Positions 28,115 to 37,834 of a stretch of 64,000 bases of DNA are shown piece by piece. The translations under genes were made by a program, and so were the position numbers. Source of the DNA: a virus; IMG/VR virus record IMGVR_UViG_3300018059_000546; one strand, 5' to 3'. Within the stretch, counting starts at the first letter, position 1; the number at the start of each line of letters is the position of its first letter. Below the pieces are notes generated by a model that was given only the letters and a program-made list of their open reading frames with translations, was not told where the DNA came from and searched no databases.

Positions 28115-31100
28115 CTAGATAAAATCCACGCCGCTGTTTGTTATGATAAAGTCGATACCGATCTTTTCAATCGCTCTGGTCGGCTTGATTTCAATGCTGC
28201 CATTGACTCGATTGTCGAGTGCATCGCGTTCACTGTTGTTGCGTTCGTCCATGATGACCTGGTAACTTTCGACACCGAACTGCGTTTGGATCAGACCAAT
28301 TCTGATGGACACGTCGCTGACGAACTTGTTGCGAACTTCGGGAGTGTTCTGCTCGAACACCATTCTGTTTGCGATGTCGACGATTTGCCGCTTGACTTCG
28401 ATGACGAGCCGACGGACGTTGACACGGTTGAGCGCAGAGTTCGCCTGCTGGAGCGTCTTTTGTGCGAAGATGACGAACTGGCGGGGTGGAAATGGTGCGA
28501 TCGGATTGATACGAGCATCGTCCAGAATGTCTCTGTCCGAACCGTTTAAGCGAACCGCTACGTTTTTGACGAATTCCAGAGAAGCTCTGTTGAATCCTGC
28601 AGGAGCGTACCAGGGATAAGCAACTCGATCATTCAGTGCAAGGGCGGCGAGCGCCGCAACCGAAGCGGGAACCTTCACTCGACGGCTGTTCACGGCATCA
28701 TCAGCAATGACATCTGGGAAGTAAGTCGCGGTGTAGTTATTATCGAGAGCGCGGGAATCGAAGTTCTTCGCGGTGTTGGTGATGTCCGGACGGGTCACGG
28801 AATCATCGTATAGACGTACGTTCGTATCGTCGTACGAGGGAATGTCCATCACGTACAGAGCGAGACCATATTCTCTTACCATCTTAGCGGCGTAGTCGGT
28901 GACATATGGATCTCTGATTCCAGGAATCGTCAGGATGTTGAGGTTGACGTTCAGTTTGTTGGTCATGATATCGATCGCTGTTTTGATCGAGAAGACCGAA
29001 CTGTTCGTCGCACCTGATCCACCCTGGTTTTGGGCGAGACCGGGAGAAACATAGGTTGTGGAGGCTCCACCACCGGTATCGAAAGATACTGACCTGTCGT
29101 TCATTCTGCGTGAGGCTTTATCGAGGATGTTGAGTCCATCGAATCCACCCTGAAGGAATGTCGAAAACTTCATGGCAGGTGAGAACCTGTTGAAGTCAGA
29201 AGATCCCGTCATTGCTGCGAGAGTTGCGAACGTGATACGAGTCGAGATAGTTCCATCGTTGACAGTATACGTCGTTGGATCGGGAGTCGCATCACGAACG
29301 TAAGCAGCTTCCTTCATATGGGTCTCTACCGTACCTGTGAGGTCGACGACAGACTGGTTGAAAAAAGCAACCTTTGCAAGGGTGAACTTGTTGTTGTTCT
29401 GAACGTCTGCTCCCGAACCTGTGACAAGCATGTCCAATTGCGCGATGCCTGCGAACTTCGAAAAAGACTGGATGATCTTGTTCTGTTCGCTTGCCGTGTT
29501 AGAATCGAGAGGACTATTATTACGTTCGAACTTGACACCCCAGTAGTAATTCATATTCGTGACAGTCGTGGTACCCGGATTACCGAGGAAACCTGACGTC
29601 GCGAGATTACCGCGAGTGATTTTGAAACGGAATGGAATCGGAGGAACGATCGAACCCGTAGTACTAGAAGCGATTCCAACACCAACCGTTCCAGCGAGGC
29701 GCTGACCCGTAGTAGATCCCGTGTCCGACAATAAGTCGTTAGTTTTGAGAACAGAATGACCCCGAAATCCGAAGGGCAGGGCCGAGGGAGGAACCATCGC
29801 TCTATCGACTTCATCCGTCATGACCACACGAACGAGGTTCGAACGGTTCGCGTACTTGCCCTTGGCAACCAAACGACGATCTGCAACTTGTTCAGATTCG
29901 AAATCGAAATAAACTCTACGATCTCCAATCACCCTAGCAACGTAATTTTCCAACGCAGGGTTCAGAGAACAGTTCGGGAACTGCTCGAGCACCTTTGGAT
30001 TCGAATCATCGTCATCCCACGCTCGAACGAGGATGGTGAAGGTTCCGTACGGATTCATCTGATCCGAAGAACGCTTCAGGCTGGTGATAGAAATCTTGTA
30101 AAGGCTGTTAGCGTACTCTCCATCGTCAATAGCTTCAATTCTGAAAAGATCGTACTCAGTTTTACCGAACGGTTGTGAGATGAAATTGGGAGTCTTTGGG
30201 GTCGTGTACTTCGTATCGAAGTGTCCAAGAGCATCTCTGAACGTCATCGTCGAATTACCGGACGAGTTCGAAGCGTTGGCTGAACCGGAAAGAACACCGA
30301 CTGCAGTCGGCGTGGCAACTTCATCGTCGACAGGGAAGTCAGCGTAAACTACATGAAGTTCGGTCGCGAACTTATCAAGATCCTTATTGAGGAGCTTGGC
30401 ATAGTAGTTGTCGCTGGTCGGATTTAGGGAAGCAGTAAAGATCTTGACTCCCGCAATACCATCCGTGGCGGACCAGGCCGCACCGAGCGTGGACGAAAGA
30501 ACGAGCTTGAAAGTTCCTCCTGAAACTGTTCCGACGTCATCGGGACCAAGTCCGTTGAAAACTCCGAGAGCATTTTCGTTACCGTCAAGAACCATTAGAC
30601 GTGTGCCCGAAGTCAACATGACAACTCCTCTAACGAGGTTGACAGTCGAACCGACGAAGCTTTCATTGTTGGTAAACATAGGCATTCCGAATGCCTCGTT
30701 CGTCTGCAGAGTGTGACGGGCGGTCACAAGTTGAGTGCAGCCATTATGACGACGTTCTCCATTACCGACTACGGTACCAGTCACGTTGAACCCGGCATTT
30801 TTTACCTGCCCGGTTGTTTTGAACAACGTAATGTCTGCTGTCGTGCTAAGAGTTCCCGCGCCCAAAAGGCGAAGGAATGTCAAAGCACTTCTATGCTTCA
30901 AAAACTCGTTCGCTGCGTAAGGACCGAACTTCTTAACATCGAGATCGCCGAATTTACCTCGGAAATCTGCCATGCTAGAAACCGTTACCGGGACGAACGC
31001 AGGCCCCTTGTTTGACGTAGAAATGACTCCCGCCGGTGTACCCGTCGGAACAACATCCTGTAAAATCGAGCGGTCAATTTCCTGCTCGAAAAATCCCGGA

Positions 31101-31123
31101 GAACGAAACGCCTGCTCTGCCAT
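28115..31123 (-). CDS. gp18: Tail sheath protein 2 (gp18-like)
   Basis: Start MAEQAFRSPGFFEQEID at 31123. KGPAFVP...PWYAPAGFNR...INPI...AQKTL...LNRVNVRRL...PTRAIEKIGIDFII. Confidence 0.92.
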   Translation of the reverse strand: MAEQAFRSPGFFEQEIDRSILQDVVPTGTPAGVISTSNKGPAFVPVTVSSMADFRGKFGDLDVKKFGPYAANEFLKHRSALTFLRLLGAGTLSTTADITLFKTTGQVKNAGFNVTGTVVGNGERRHNGCTQLVTARHTLQTNEAFGMPMFTNNESFVGSTVNLVRGVVMLTSGTRLMVLDGNENALGVFNGLGPDDVGTVSGGTFKLVLSSTLGAAWSATDGIAGVKIFTASLNPTSDNYYAKLLNKDLDKFATELHVVYADFPVDDEVATPTAVGVLSGSANASNSSGNSTMTFRDALGHFDTKYTTPKTPNFISQPFGKTEYDLFRIEAIDDGEYANSLYKISITSLKRSSDQMNPYGTFTILVRAWDDDDSNPKVLEQFPNCSLNPALENYVARVIGDRRVYFDFESEQVADRRLVAKGKYANRSNLVRVVMTDEVDRAMVPPSALPFGFRGHSVLKTNDLLSDTGSTTGQRLAGTVGVGIASSTTGSIVPPIPFRFKITRGNLATSGFLGNPGTTTVTNMNYYWGVKFERNNSPLDSNTASEQNKIIQSFSKFAGIAQLDMLVTGSGADVQNNNKFTLAKVAFFNQSVVDLTGTVETHMKEAAYVRDATPDPTTYTVNDGTISTRITFATLAAMTGSSDFNRFSPAMKFSTFLQGGFDGLNILDKASRRMNDRSVSFDTGGGASTTYVSPGLAQNQGGSGATNSSVFSIKTAIDIMTNKLNVNLNILTIPGIRDPYVTDYAAKMVREYGLALYVMDIPSYDDTNVRLYDDSVTRPDITNTAKNFDSRALDNNYTATYFPDVIADDAVNSRRVKVPASVAALAALALNDRVAYPWYAPAGFNRASLEFVKNVAVRLNGSDRDILDDARINPIAPFPPRQFVIFAQKTLQQANSALNRVNVRRLVIEVKRQIVDIANRMVFEQNTPEVRNKFVSDVSIRIGLIQTQFGVESYQVIMDERNNSERDALDNRVNGSIEIKPTRAIEKIGIDFIITNSGVDFI

Positions 31124-31200
31124 GGTGCTCCTTCGAAGATTAGCTCCCACATATAACTATACGCGCCAGCTTTGGAAGTCCCAAGAGGCTGCCCGTAGAA

Positions 31201-32397
31201 TCAGTCATCGGAGATATTTAGAGTGGTTCCCATCTCGGGAATAAGGACCTGTTCACCAGAACGAGGGTCCGTTGTAACTATTCGTAGGTATTCCGTTCGT
31301 TCTTTGCCGGTAAACGGATTTTTCACGATCGTGACTTTAGAGACCGGTGTTTCGACAGTTCTCCTGGCAGTTGGTTGGATTTCACCGTTCAGAGTGAAGC
31401 CTCTCGACGGATCGTCTGAACCCTCTGTGGGATCTGAAGCTGTGGGGATACCATTCGTCAGACGAACGTAGTCTTCATCGTATCCGATCCCGAAACTGAT
31501 GATGGGAGCTGAGAGATGCGCTCTGACAGAAGACGGTTCTCCCGGATTTTCCGCAGCTACCATGTAGGCAGGCACCCTAACGGAAAACTTGTACTTGAGC
31601 AAACGTTCTGACGATGACATGTCATCAGCATTATCTTCGGCCGTGTACGGATCATCTTGGACAGAAGCTACGAACCAGTAACCTTTCGTTGTTTCGAGAC
31701 GCAAAAGTTTATGACCGGTGGGTAAATATGATCCCATGAGTCTCTGGAGCATTTGATTCATGTGCGTCGTGTACTGGGACCAAAGCACAACTTCGTAGTT
31801 CGCGGTGAAGAACTGTTGCATCGGAATCGTGATGAGTTCCCAAAAGTTGTTCCCGTACTTGGCGGCCAATAACCCTCCATCCTGGATGTTCTGGTCATCT
31901 TCGTTCGCTCCGACAATTCGATCAGTTTCTAAGGAGAATGAATCGTCAGCAACATTGGCTTGGTTCTTCAATCCAATCTTGTTGATGAGATTCTGGTAGG
32001 CCCTATCCTTCGGAGACAACCGTCTCTTGATGACGAGCTCTCCCTGGTGCTGATTGATCCCTCTAGAATTCATATCCTCAGGAGTCTGTTCTATCGAAAT
32101 TCGTCTGATTGTGATCAGCGGCAGAATTAAGGTAGAGCTCTCATCTCTGATAGCTCGACCATTCTTGAGCATGAATGCTTTTTCTCCGGCGGCGAAGAGA
32201 ATGGGAACTTTCGTAGCTTCTCTAGCTTCTCCATTGGAGACCACGAACCTGATTTCCTTATCGAGAAGGTCGAACAGAGCCTTGTCCACATCCAGGATCC
32301 CGCAAGCAGGAATCTTGAATCCGTCGGCGGGAACGGTCGCACCGTCGTACCCAGAGGGTACTCCAAAAGGATCTCCAGCATTGTAGCGAGTAATCAT
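31201..32397 (-). CDS. Tail terminator/sheath stabiliser (gp15-like)
   Basis: DVDKALF...VPILFA.GE...LILPLITIRR...ANYEVVLWSQY..HMNQ. Lies between neck and sheath genes. Confidence 0.7.
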   Translation of the reverse strand: MITRYNAGDPFGVPSGYDGATVPADGFKIPACGILDVDKALFDLLDKEIRFVVSNGEAREATKVPILFAAGEKAFMLKNGRAIRDESSTLILPLITIRRISIEQTPEDMNSRGINQHQGELVIKRRLSPKDRAYQNLINKIGLKNQANVADDSFSLETDRIVGANEDDQNIQDGGLLAAKYGNNFWELITIPMQQFFTANYEVVLWSQYTTHMNQMLQRLMGSYLPTGHKLLRLETTKGYWFVASVQDDPYTAEDNADDMSSSERLLKYKFSVRVPAYMVAAENPGEPSSVRAHLSAPIISFGIGYDEDYVRLTNGIPTASDPTEGSDDPSRGFTLNGEIQPTARRTVETPVSKVTIVKNPFTGKERTEYLRIVTTDPRSGEQVLIPEMGTTLNISDD

Positions 32398-32741
32398 CTT
32401 CGTTTTGGTTCAGAATCATGGCTGATATTTGCTAGATCCGTCATCATTTCCCAATCTTCGTCAGAAAGTGGATCCGTATCATCATCTGCCACGAAGTGCT
32501 GGAAATTCATCATGGGATTACTGACAGCCGTAGCCGACCAATTACGTTTCCAATCGTTGTGTTTACGCATCGGTACGGTGGGATTGAATTGAGCAGGTGG
32601 ATGAGTTTGTTTCAAAAATGTCTGCTTCTCATCAGGCAGAGCTTCAGGTGGATCCATTCGGTATGAGGCTAATCCTAGCTTCATTTCTTTAAGAATCGAC
32701 CTAATTATCGATCGAATTTCTCTTATCGTAAGGTTATTCAT
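32394..32741 (-). CDS. Small protein with N-terminal shared peptide
   Basis: Likely start 32741 (MNNLTIREIRSIIRSILKE), overlapping the upstream stop. Confidence 0.6.
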   Translation of the reverse strand: MNNLTIREIRSIIRSILKEMKLGLASYRMDPPEALPDEKQTFLKQTHPPAQFNPTVPMRKHNDWKRNWSATAVSNPMMNFQHFVADDDTDPLSDEDWEMMTDLANISHDSEPKRR

Positions 32742-33375
32742 CGTAGAATGTGCTCCCTTCGTTAGTTTCAATGATCCGAGCAGGTCCATCGATGGGGCGA
32801 TCGAGTTGGCCAGTTTCCTGGAGAGCTCTCTTGTCACCCGTAGGTTTGTCGTCCACGATAGGAAGACCCCTTTGTTGCACGAACTCTTTCTGAATCATCT
32901 CAGGTGGTTCATCGGTGGGGCTAATACGTTCTGTGACGAATTGGCCTTTACGAGCCTGCGTGCATATGAGTTTGTATCCGTCTATTTGCTCTGCCTGACC
33001 GTAGATCTGCCTCATCTTGTCAACGGCAGAAATTTCGAAAAATGCTCCACCGTACTGGAGAAAGTCTCCGATGGAGATATCGATCTTTTTATCAAGGAGA
33101 TCTCTGTAGTGAACGTACACTTCCAACTTCTGCAGTTTTTCAGGACCGAACAGGTTGGACATTGACGTTTGTTCGGGAGAATTTACCAACGCTTCTATTT
33201 CTATCGGGTTATCGTAGACTTTGTTCGTGCTCTCGTTGTATAAACCATGAACGTCTGACTTGATCTCAGAAATAGGGTAGAGGATGATTTTCTGCCCAAT
33301 AATGTCTTTGAGAAGCTCTTTTGTAATGTCAGAAATGAAATTAATTTCTTTCTGGGTAACAAACAACCTAGACAT
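32734..33375 (-). CDS. Head closure/neck protein (gp14-like)
   Basis: EINFISDITKELL..IIGQ...HGLYNE...PIEIEALV...GDF.QYG..FFEI. Follows the adaptor gene. Confidence 0.75.
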   Translation of the reverse strand: MSRLFVTQKEINFISDITKELLKDIIGQKIILYPISEIKSDVHGLYNESTNKVYDNPIEIEALVNSPEQTSMSNLFGPEKLQKLEVYVHYRDLLDKKIDISIGDFLQYGGAFFEISAVDKMRQIYGQAEQIDGYKLICTQARKGQFVTERISPTDEPPEMIQKEFVQQRGLPIVDDKPTGDKRALQETGQLDRPIDGPARIIETNEGSTFYDE

Positions 33376-34147
33376 TTCGTCTCACTTTCTCAACACACTT
33401 TTGTGGATCTTGTTTGAATTCGACATCTGTTATCCTGACGAGGCGAATGTTCTTGTCAGAAGTAACAGAGTCTAGCTCTCTATCCTTGGTCCATTTTTCG
33501 TAAATGTCTCGATCGGTCACTGTTTTAAACTTCTTGATTTCTTCAATTGGTCGGTCTAGGCCGTGCCAGTAGACACCATCAAACTGCACATAAGTATCGA
33601 TCGACTTGACGTAGAAGTCTACAGACCACCTTCTTTCGAAGTAGACCTGCTGTAAGACATCGCTTTCTCCAAACCATTCTTTTAGATACAAACCAAAAAG
33701 ATGTTCAGGTTTAGAAATCCAACTTTCGGGACGATTTTTGATAAGTGTTTTGATTGCTCTGCGTTTAATTTCTGGATTTTGATTCGGATTCCGCACCCCG
33801 TAATTTTTCAAACACGTTTCTTCCTTCTGTTTCTTGATCTCTTCTAGCTGAGAAACATTCTCGACACCGTATTTGGCTACAACAGTAACTTTCATTTTTG
33901 TTTGCCACATAATCTGGTCTCGGCATGACATCACTTCTGTGTACGTCAATCCTCCTACTTCTTTCGAAGAAAAATGGCACTCTCTAGAACAGAAGTGATG
34001 CTTGCGTGAACTCTCTAAAAGAGATTTTTGGTATTTTCCTCGAAATTCTTTGCCGCACTGGTCGCAACAGTAAAGAATTTCTTTCTTTTTGATGTGTTTC
34101 GAACGTGATGTTCTTACGATGTCGAACTCTACCACTTGTAGTATCAT
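33368..34147 (-). CDS. Putative homing endonuclease (Vsr/DUF559-like PD-(D/E)XK domain)
   Basis: CDQCGKEF...FCSREC; KYGVENVSQ and NYGVRNPNQ repeats; SKPE...VDFYV...VQFDGVYWHG...LVRITD. AT-rich and inserted between neck genes. Confidence 0.75.
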   Translation of the reverse strand: MILQVVEFDIVRTSRSKHIKKKEILYCCDQCGKEFRGKYQKSLLESSRKHHFCSRECHFSSKEVGGLTYTEVMSCRDQIMWQTKMKVTVVAKYGVENVSQLEEIKKQKEETCLKNYGVRNPNQNPEIKRRAIKTLIKNRPESWISKPEHLFGLYLKEWFGESDVLQQVYFERRWSVDFYVKSIDTYVQFDGVYWHGLDRPIEEIKKFKTVTDRDIYEKWTKDRELDSVTSDKNIRLVRITDVEFKQDPQKCVEKVRRNV

Positions 34148-34186
34148 ATCTGCAAATTATGCAAGTTCTACATCTTTTACAAAATC

Positions 34187-35443
34187 CTAACCTATTATGA
34201 TAGGTCTCGGAATAGGGATATGTCGCATTTGTGTCAGGATGCTTTCTGCTTTACTTGCTTCCATCTCGAGCAATTTTTCGTACGTGATTGTATCGAGAAA
34301 TTCTTGCAACTGGGTCAGCAGTTTTTCCTTGTCTTCTCTCGCTTGAGAAACGAGATCATCTCCATTCAAGGTAAGGTCTCCACCAGGAATTGGAATAGTC
34401 TTCATCTTGTTTCTGATCAAACCAAGAATTTCCTTCGCGAGCGCGAGGACCATTTCCATGATCCAAGTTCGTCCGGGTTGGTTGATCTTCGAGTAGATAA
34501 GCGGTCCATACGGCACCTGAGAAGGGTTGGAGATGCCATTGAGAGAAGGGTCGGAAGAAAGATAGCTTGTGGATGTCACGTCTCCTGGACCGTAGAGATT
34601 AGAATTGGTCGGATCTTGACCCGCCATGACCCACATGAAGACTTTCGCCGGAGAACGTGGAGGATTTCCGGGAATCGGATACAGACGAACGTTGCGTCCA
34701 ACGAGTTCGTAGGAATAGTGAGATCTTCGAACCTTGTGAGCTGTTTCTAACATTCCACGTCGTAGGACATCTTCAAAGACAGGAAGAACATAGAAAGCTG
34801 TAGAATTTACGTACGATTCGTAGTTGAATTCCGTCGCAAGGAAGTTCGTAAGATTTGAAGCATTGATCAACATTTGCTGCGACGCAATGGGATCAAAATG
34901 AAGGATATCGGTGATGCGTAACTTTCCCAACGTTCCGGACGGAACAGTATTTACGAATAAACTTCCCGAAAGTGGACCATCTGCTCTTTTCAACTCTGCG
35001 TACAGATCGTAGTCTTGACGACCTGGTTCGATATCGATGTAAGTGAGAAAACGATCGTACGATCCTCCGACACCTGCGAATGACGAGTACGGATCAGCCT
35101 GCCGCATAAGGAACTCGAGAGTTCGTTTTATATAGATGTTCGAGAAGTTCAACGATCCAGAAACTCCGCCGTTGACGACTGAACCGGAAAAAACGGATGG
35201 AAGACCGAGCAACGAAGCAAGATCAGATTTGAGCTGGTATTGGCTGATCAAATTTCCGTACAGGAGCACGGCTTCTTCGAACACCGTCCAAATGTCCTTC
35301 TTAGAAAGCTCAACCGACGTTGCACCATCACCGAGTTTTCTCTTGACGAACTGTACCATCCCGTTGGCTTCGTGCTGAAAGACAGGGTCGGAGTCGAAAA
35401 TCCCAAAAGGCGTGGGACCCAAGGTCTGTTGGAAGGTTGACAT
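34187..35443 (-). CDS. Head-tail adaptor/neck protein (gp13-like)
   Basis: FVKRKLG....VEL...LALAKEILGLIRNKM..IPIPGGDLTLNGDDLVSQA.E...IIIG. Start ATG 35443 follows TATTTA. Confidence 0.82.
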   Translation of the reverse strand: MSTFQQTLGPTPFGIFDSDPVFQHEANGMVQFVKRKLGDGATSVELSKKDIWTVFEEAVLLYGNLISQYQLKSDLASLLGLPSVFSGSVVNGGVSGSLNFSNIYIKRTLEFLMRQADPYSSFAGVGGSYDRFLTYIDIEPGRQDYDLYAELKRADGPLSGSLFVNTVPSGTLGKLRITDILHFDPIASQQMLINASNLTNFLATEFNYESYVNSTAFYVLPVFEDVLRRGMLETAHKVRRSHYSYELVGRNVRLYPIPGNPPRSPAKVFMWVMAGQDPTNSNLYGPGDVTSTSYLSSDPSLNGISNPSQVPYGPLIYSKINQPGRTWIMEMVLALAKEILGLIRNKMKTIPIPGGDLTLNGDDLVSQAREDKEKLLTQLQEFLDTITYEKLLEMEASKAESILTQMRHIPIPRPIIIG

Positions 35444-35491
35444 CTCAGCCAATAAATACGATAGTCATCAAGGAGAAATACGTATCCTTAG

Positions 35492-35770
35492 ATGAAGACC
35501 ACGTTCGAGACCGGAGAAGTGTACCAGTGCGAGCAGGATACACATCTGATAGATTACAAGTTGAAAAAGAAAAAGTCAAGCTGCAGACTTTCCCAACGCG
35601 CAGTGCGGATTCGCAAAGGTGACATTGTCGTATGTTTGGACATGAAAGAAGACCCCTCCGGGCAGACGGAGGCCGTCTTCCTCGTCGGAGGGGAGATCAT
35701 TCACATTCAAGAACATAGCAGCACATTACGTGCACTTCAGAAGATGCTTGTTAGAGTTGACCAGAAATGA
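35492..35770 (+). CDS. Hypothetical protein
   Basis: 92 aa, divergent from the neck gene, with AAGGAG upstream. Confidence 0.5.
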   Translation: MKTTFETGEVYQCEQDTHLIDYKLKKKKSSCRLSQRAVRIRKGDIVVCLDMKEDPSGQTEAVFLVGGEIIHIQEHSSTLRALQKMLVRVDQK

Positions 35771-35969
35771 GCAATGGCACGATTTTGTTTTTGACAAACT
35801 TCTTCACGTCAGCGTCGTTCTCACAGAATTGAGATGCCTGGTACAGATTGATAATGGTGTCGAATTCGCTCTCAGCGAATTCGTTGGATTCGGCGAGCTG
35901 GGCCCACCCCGCAAGTAAGTCCATCAAACGACGACACGAACTAGGTTCTACGGAAAAATAGTCTTCCAT
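35751..35969 (-). CDS. Hypothetical protein
   Basis: ATG 35969 (MEDYFSV) preceded by GGAGG. Confidence 0.5.
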   Translation of the reverse strand: MEDYFSVEPSSCRRLMDLLAGWAQLAESNEFAESEFDTIINLYQASQFCENDADVKKFVKNKIVPLLISGQL

Positions 35970-35970
35970 C

Positions 35971-36093
35971 TCAATCCTCCACAACAATCACTCTACCGCA
36001 CTTCGTACAACGATATCCCTCGAGACATATTCCCCAGGGATGTCCAAGGAAAGCACATCTAATTCTCTCTACTAGCCAGCGAAGCTTCTTCAT
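35971..36093 (-). CDS. 40-aa DUF1660-like Zn-binding phage protein (not in the ORF track)
   Basis: MKKLRWLVERIRCAFLGHPWGICLEGYRCTKCGRVIVVED. ATGA overlap with the kinase-like gene. Confidence 0.6.
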   Translation of the reverse strand: MKKLRWLVERIRCAFLGHPWGICLEGYRCTKCGRVIVVED

Positions 36094-36983
36094 CTTCCGT
36101 GCTTGCTGTACTGTATCGCAATCTCCTGGTCAATAGCATCCTTCTTGGTCTTGTGAGTACCAAGTTTTCGATGCTTACCAGCCTTCTTTTTTTTCGTGTA
36201 GAGACACCAATTGTCTCCGCACTTCTGAACAACCTCGTTCACAAATTCTCTCAATGCGATCGTAAATTCATCATCTCCAATTGGAATCGAGGCCTCCAGA
36301 ATGGGCTCAGATTCATCTGCAGGAGAATTATGAAGGTAACTTTGGCCAGAAACATGGCCTCTCTGTCGTCCTTCATGGGATGCATGTATCGTCTGCTGCT
36401 TCCAATTGCCGCTATCGACTCCGTAGTCTAGAATGACGATCCTACCGTCTCCGGTCTTACCCCAATGATCGATGAACTGCAATTCGGGGGTGTGAAGCTT
36501 CTTCGACTTGATAAGAGTCCTGATAGTGTCTATGATTCCGTACGTGCCGATGGTTTCATCACCTTTGCCAGGATAGACCGACTTGGACTTGACTCTCCAT
36601 TTTGGATTCCCTACCCACTTGTGGTAATCGCCGCCTTGGATGACACCAACGAACTCTTCGAATGGCATACCGAACACGTTTTCAAATTCTACTTCTGATG
36701 TGAGCGGCTTCACTAAATCTGAAACGACCCACGCGAAGTCGGGAGCATGGGAATGAACACGTGCGATGACTTGTCCAAACTTAGGATCCGAAGAGATTGC
36801 AGCTTCTGTCGCGTTCTGACTCTTACCCCTGTCCGTGTTAGCAACCTTGAGAGCGTACCTCGACGAAAGAAGAAACACCGTGCGTGATCCACCCTCTCCG
36901 AGCTCCTTCAGGTTCTCCAAAGCGTACGTAAATCTGTCACCATCATCTTCGATCGCTTTAAATTGCTTGAGGTCGAACTTCAT
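36090..36983 (-). CDS. Protein kinase-like protein with C-terminal small basic domain
   Basis: Gly loop LGEGGSRTVF, ALKVA, alphaC NATE, ILDYG (DFG-equivalent). C-terminus IALREFVNEVVQKCGDNWCLYTK...KLGTHKTKKDAIDQE. Confidence 0.7.
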   Translation of the reverse strand: MKFDLKQFKAIEDDGDRFTYALENLKELGEGGSRTVFLLSSRYALKVANTDRGKSQNATEAAISSDPKFGQVIARVHSHAPDFAWVVSDLVKPLTSEVEFENVFGMPFEEFVGVIQGGDYHKWVGNPKWRVKSKSVYPGKGDETIGTYGIIDTIRTLIKSKKLHTPELQFIDHWGKTGDGRIVILDYGVDSGNWKQQTIHASHEGRQRGHVSGQSYLHNSPADESEPILEASIPIGDDEFTIALREFVNEVVQKCGDNWCLYTKKKKAGKHRKLGTHKTKKDAIDQEIAIQYSKHGR

Positions 36984-37017
36984 GGGTGTAAAATTAAGTA
37001 GGTCAAGAACAGACCGC

Positions 37018-37055
37018 TTAAACGCCGAAAGGCCACCCTTTCGAGCAGCCTTTCG
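37018..37055 (-). terminator. Rho-independent terminator-like hairpin (repeat copy 1)
   Basis: ttaaacgccgaaaggc-caccctttcgagca-gcctttcg. Confidence 0.6.
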
Positions 37056-37079
37056 AACCAGGGTTAGAAGCTAAGTGGA

Positions 37080-37586
37080 TTAGCCGTTAGCGGGGAACAA
37101 GCTGCCGGAGACGGTACCCGAAAGCGCGGTGACGAGCCAGTACTTGCTATCGGACGTTACCGAAACTGATGCGAACCGAGAGAGCGTCACACCGTTAGAA
37201 CGAATACCAAGGTTCGTCCCGACTTGACCGACCGAACCTGAAATATTCTGGAAGAAGATCGCAGCATTCGCTGCAGAAGTGCCGAGCGAACACCCGCTGG
37301 TTCCTGTCAAGAAACCTCCGTTGTAGATTCCAAGGTCTCCCAGAGGTTGGGAGAAAATGTATGTACAACCAGGTTGAGTTGAAGCTGCGGGCAACGATGC
37401 CGTTGAATTGCTTGGAAGGTGATAAAAACCCGGAGTCGAAACAGCTGTGCTTCCGGCTGACATTGACGTGACTAGAGTGGCAATAACACCATTCGTGAAT
37501 GTCACAGGAGTATCAACTACAAGTGATGTAGTCGAATTATCTGTTTGAACGATACCACGACTATCAATTGTGACTTTAATTCCCAT
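37080..37586 (-). CDS. Probable head decoration/virion protein
   Basis: Ser/Thr/Gly-rich beta protein immediately after the major capsid gene. TATTTA upstream. Confidence 0.55.
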   Translation of the reverse strand: MGIKVTIDSRGIVQTDNSTTSLVVDTPVTFTNGVIATLVTSMSAGSTAVSTPGFYHLPSNSTASLPAASTQPGCTYIFSQPLGDLGIYNGGFLTGTSGCSLGTSAANAAIFFQNISGSVGQVGTNLGIRSNGVTLSRFASVSVTSDSKYWLVTALSGTVSGSLFPANG

Positions 37587-37642
37587 AGTGATCTTTAAAT
37601 ATAGCGATCTTATAGAGTAAACGGTCTTGCAGAAAATTGTCC

Positions 37643-37681
37643 TTAAACGCCGAAAGGCTACCCCGAAAGGGGTAGCCTTTC
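37643..37681 (-). terminator. Rho-independent terminator (repeat copy 2)
   Basis: Perfect stem gaaaggctacccc-gaaa-ggggtagcctttc. Confidence 0.75.
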
Positions 37682-37762
37682 TAAGATAAGGGCTTACGAT
37701 TATTGGGTTCGCTCGATCTCGTCGGTAGATGAATATAATCTAATGATTTAGAACTGTGTAGT

Positions 37763-37797
37763 TTAAACGACGAAAGGGAACCTTTCGGTTCCCTCTC
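37763..37797 (-). terminator. Terminator after the major capsid gene (repeat copy 3)
   Basis: agggaacc-tttc-ggttccct, followed on the minus strand by TTCGTCGTTTAAA. Confidence 0.75.
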
Positions 37798-37834
37798 AGT
37801 CTCATATATCAACCTAAGTAGTTGATATCATTCG

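Noticed and set aside
28097-28117. Readthrough of the sheath 2 stop (DFI*ITNRG resembles the sheath 1 end DFIITNRA)
   Set aside because: Only five codons long, and sheath 2 already has its own DFIITN terminus. Likely coincidence.
24761-31123. Bacterial contractile injection system (eCIS/T6SS) suggested by multiple sheath and tube genes
   Set aside because: Capsid, portal, prohead protease, terminase, neck and primase genes show this is a complete phage morphogenesis module.
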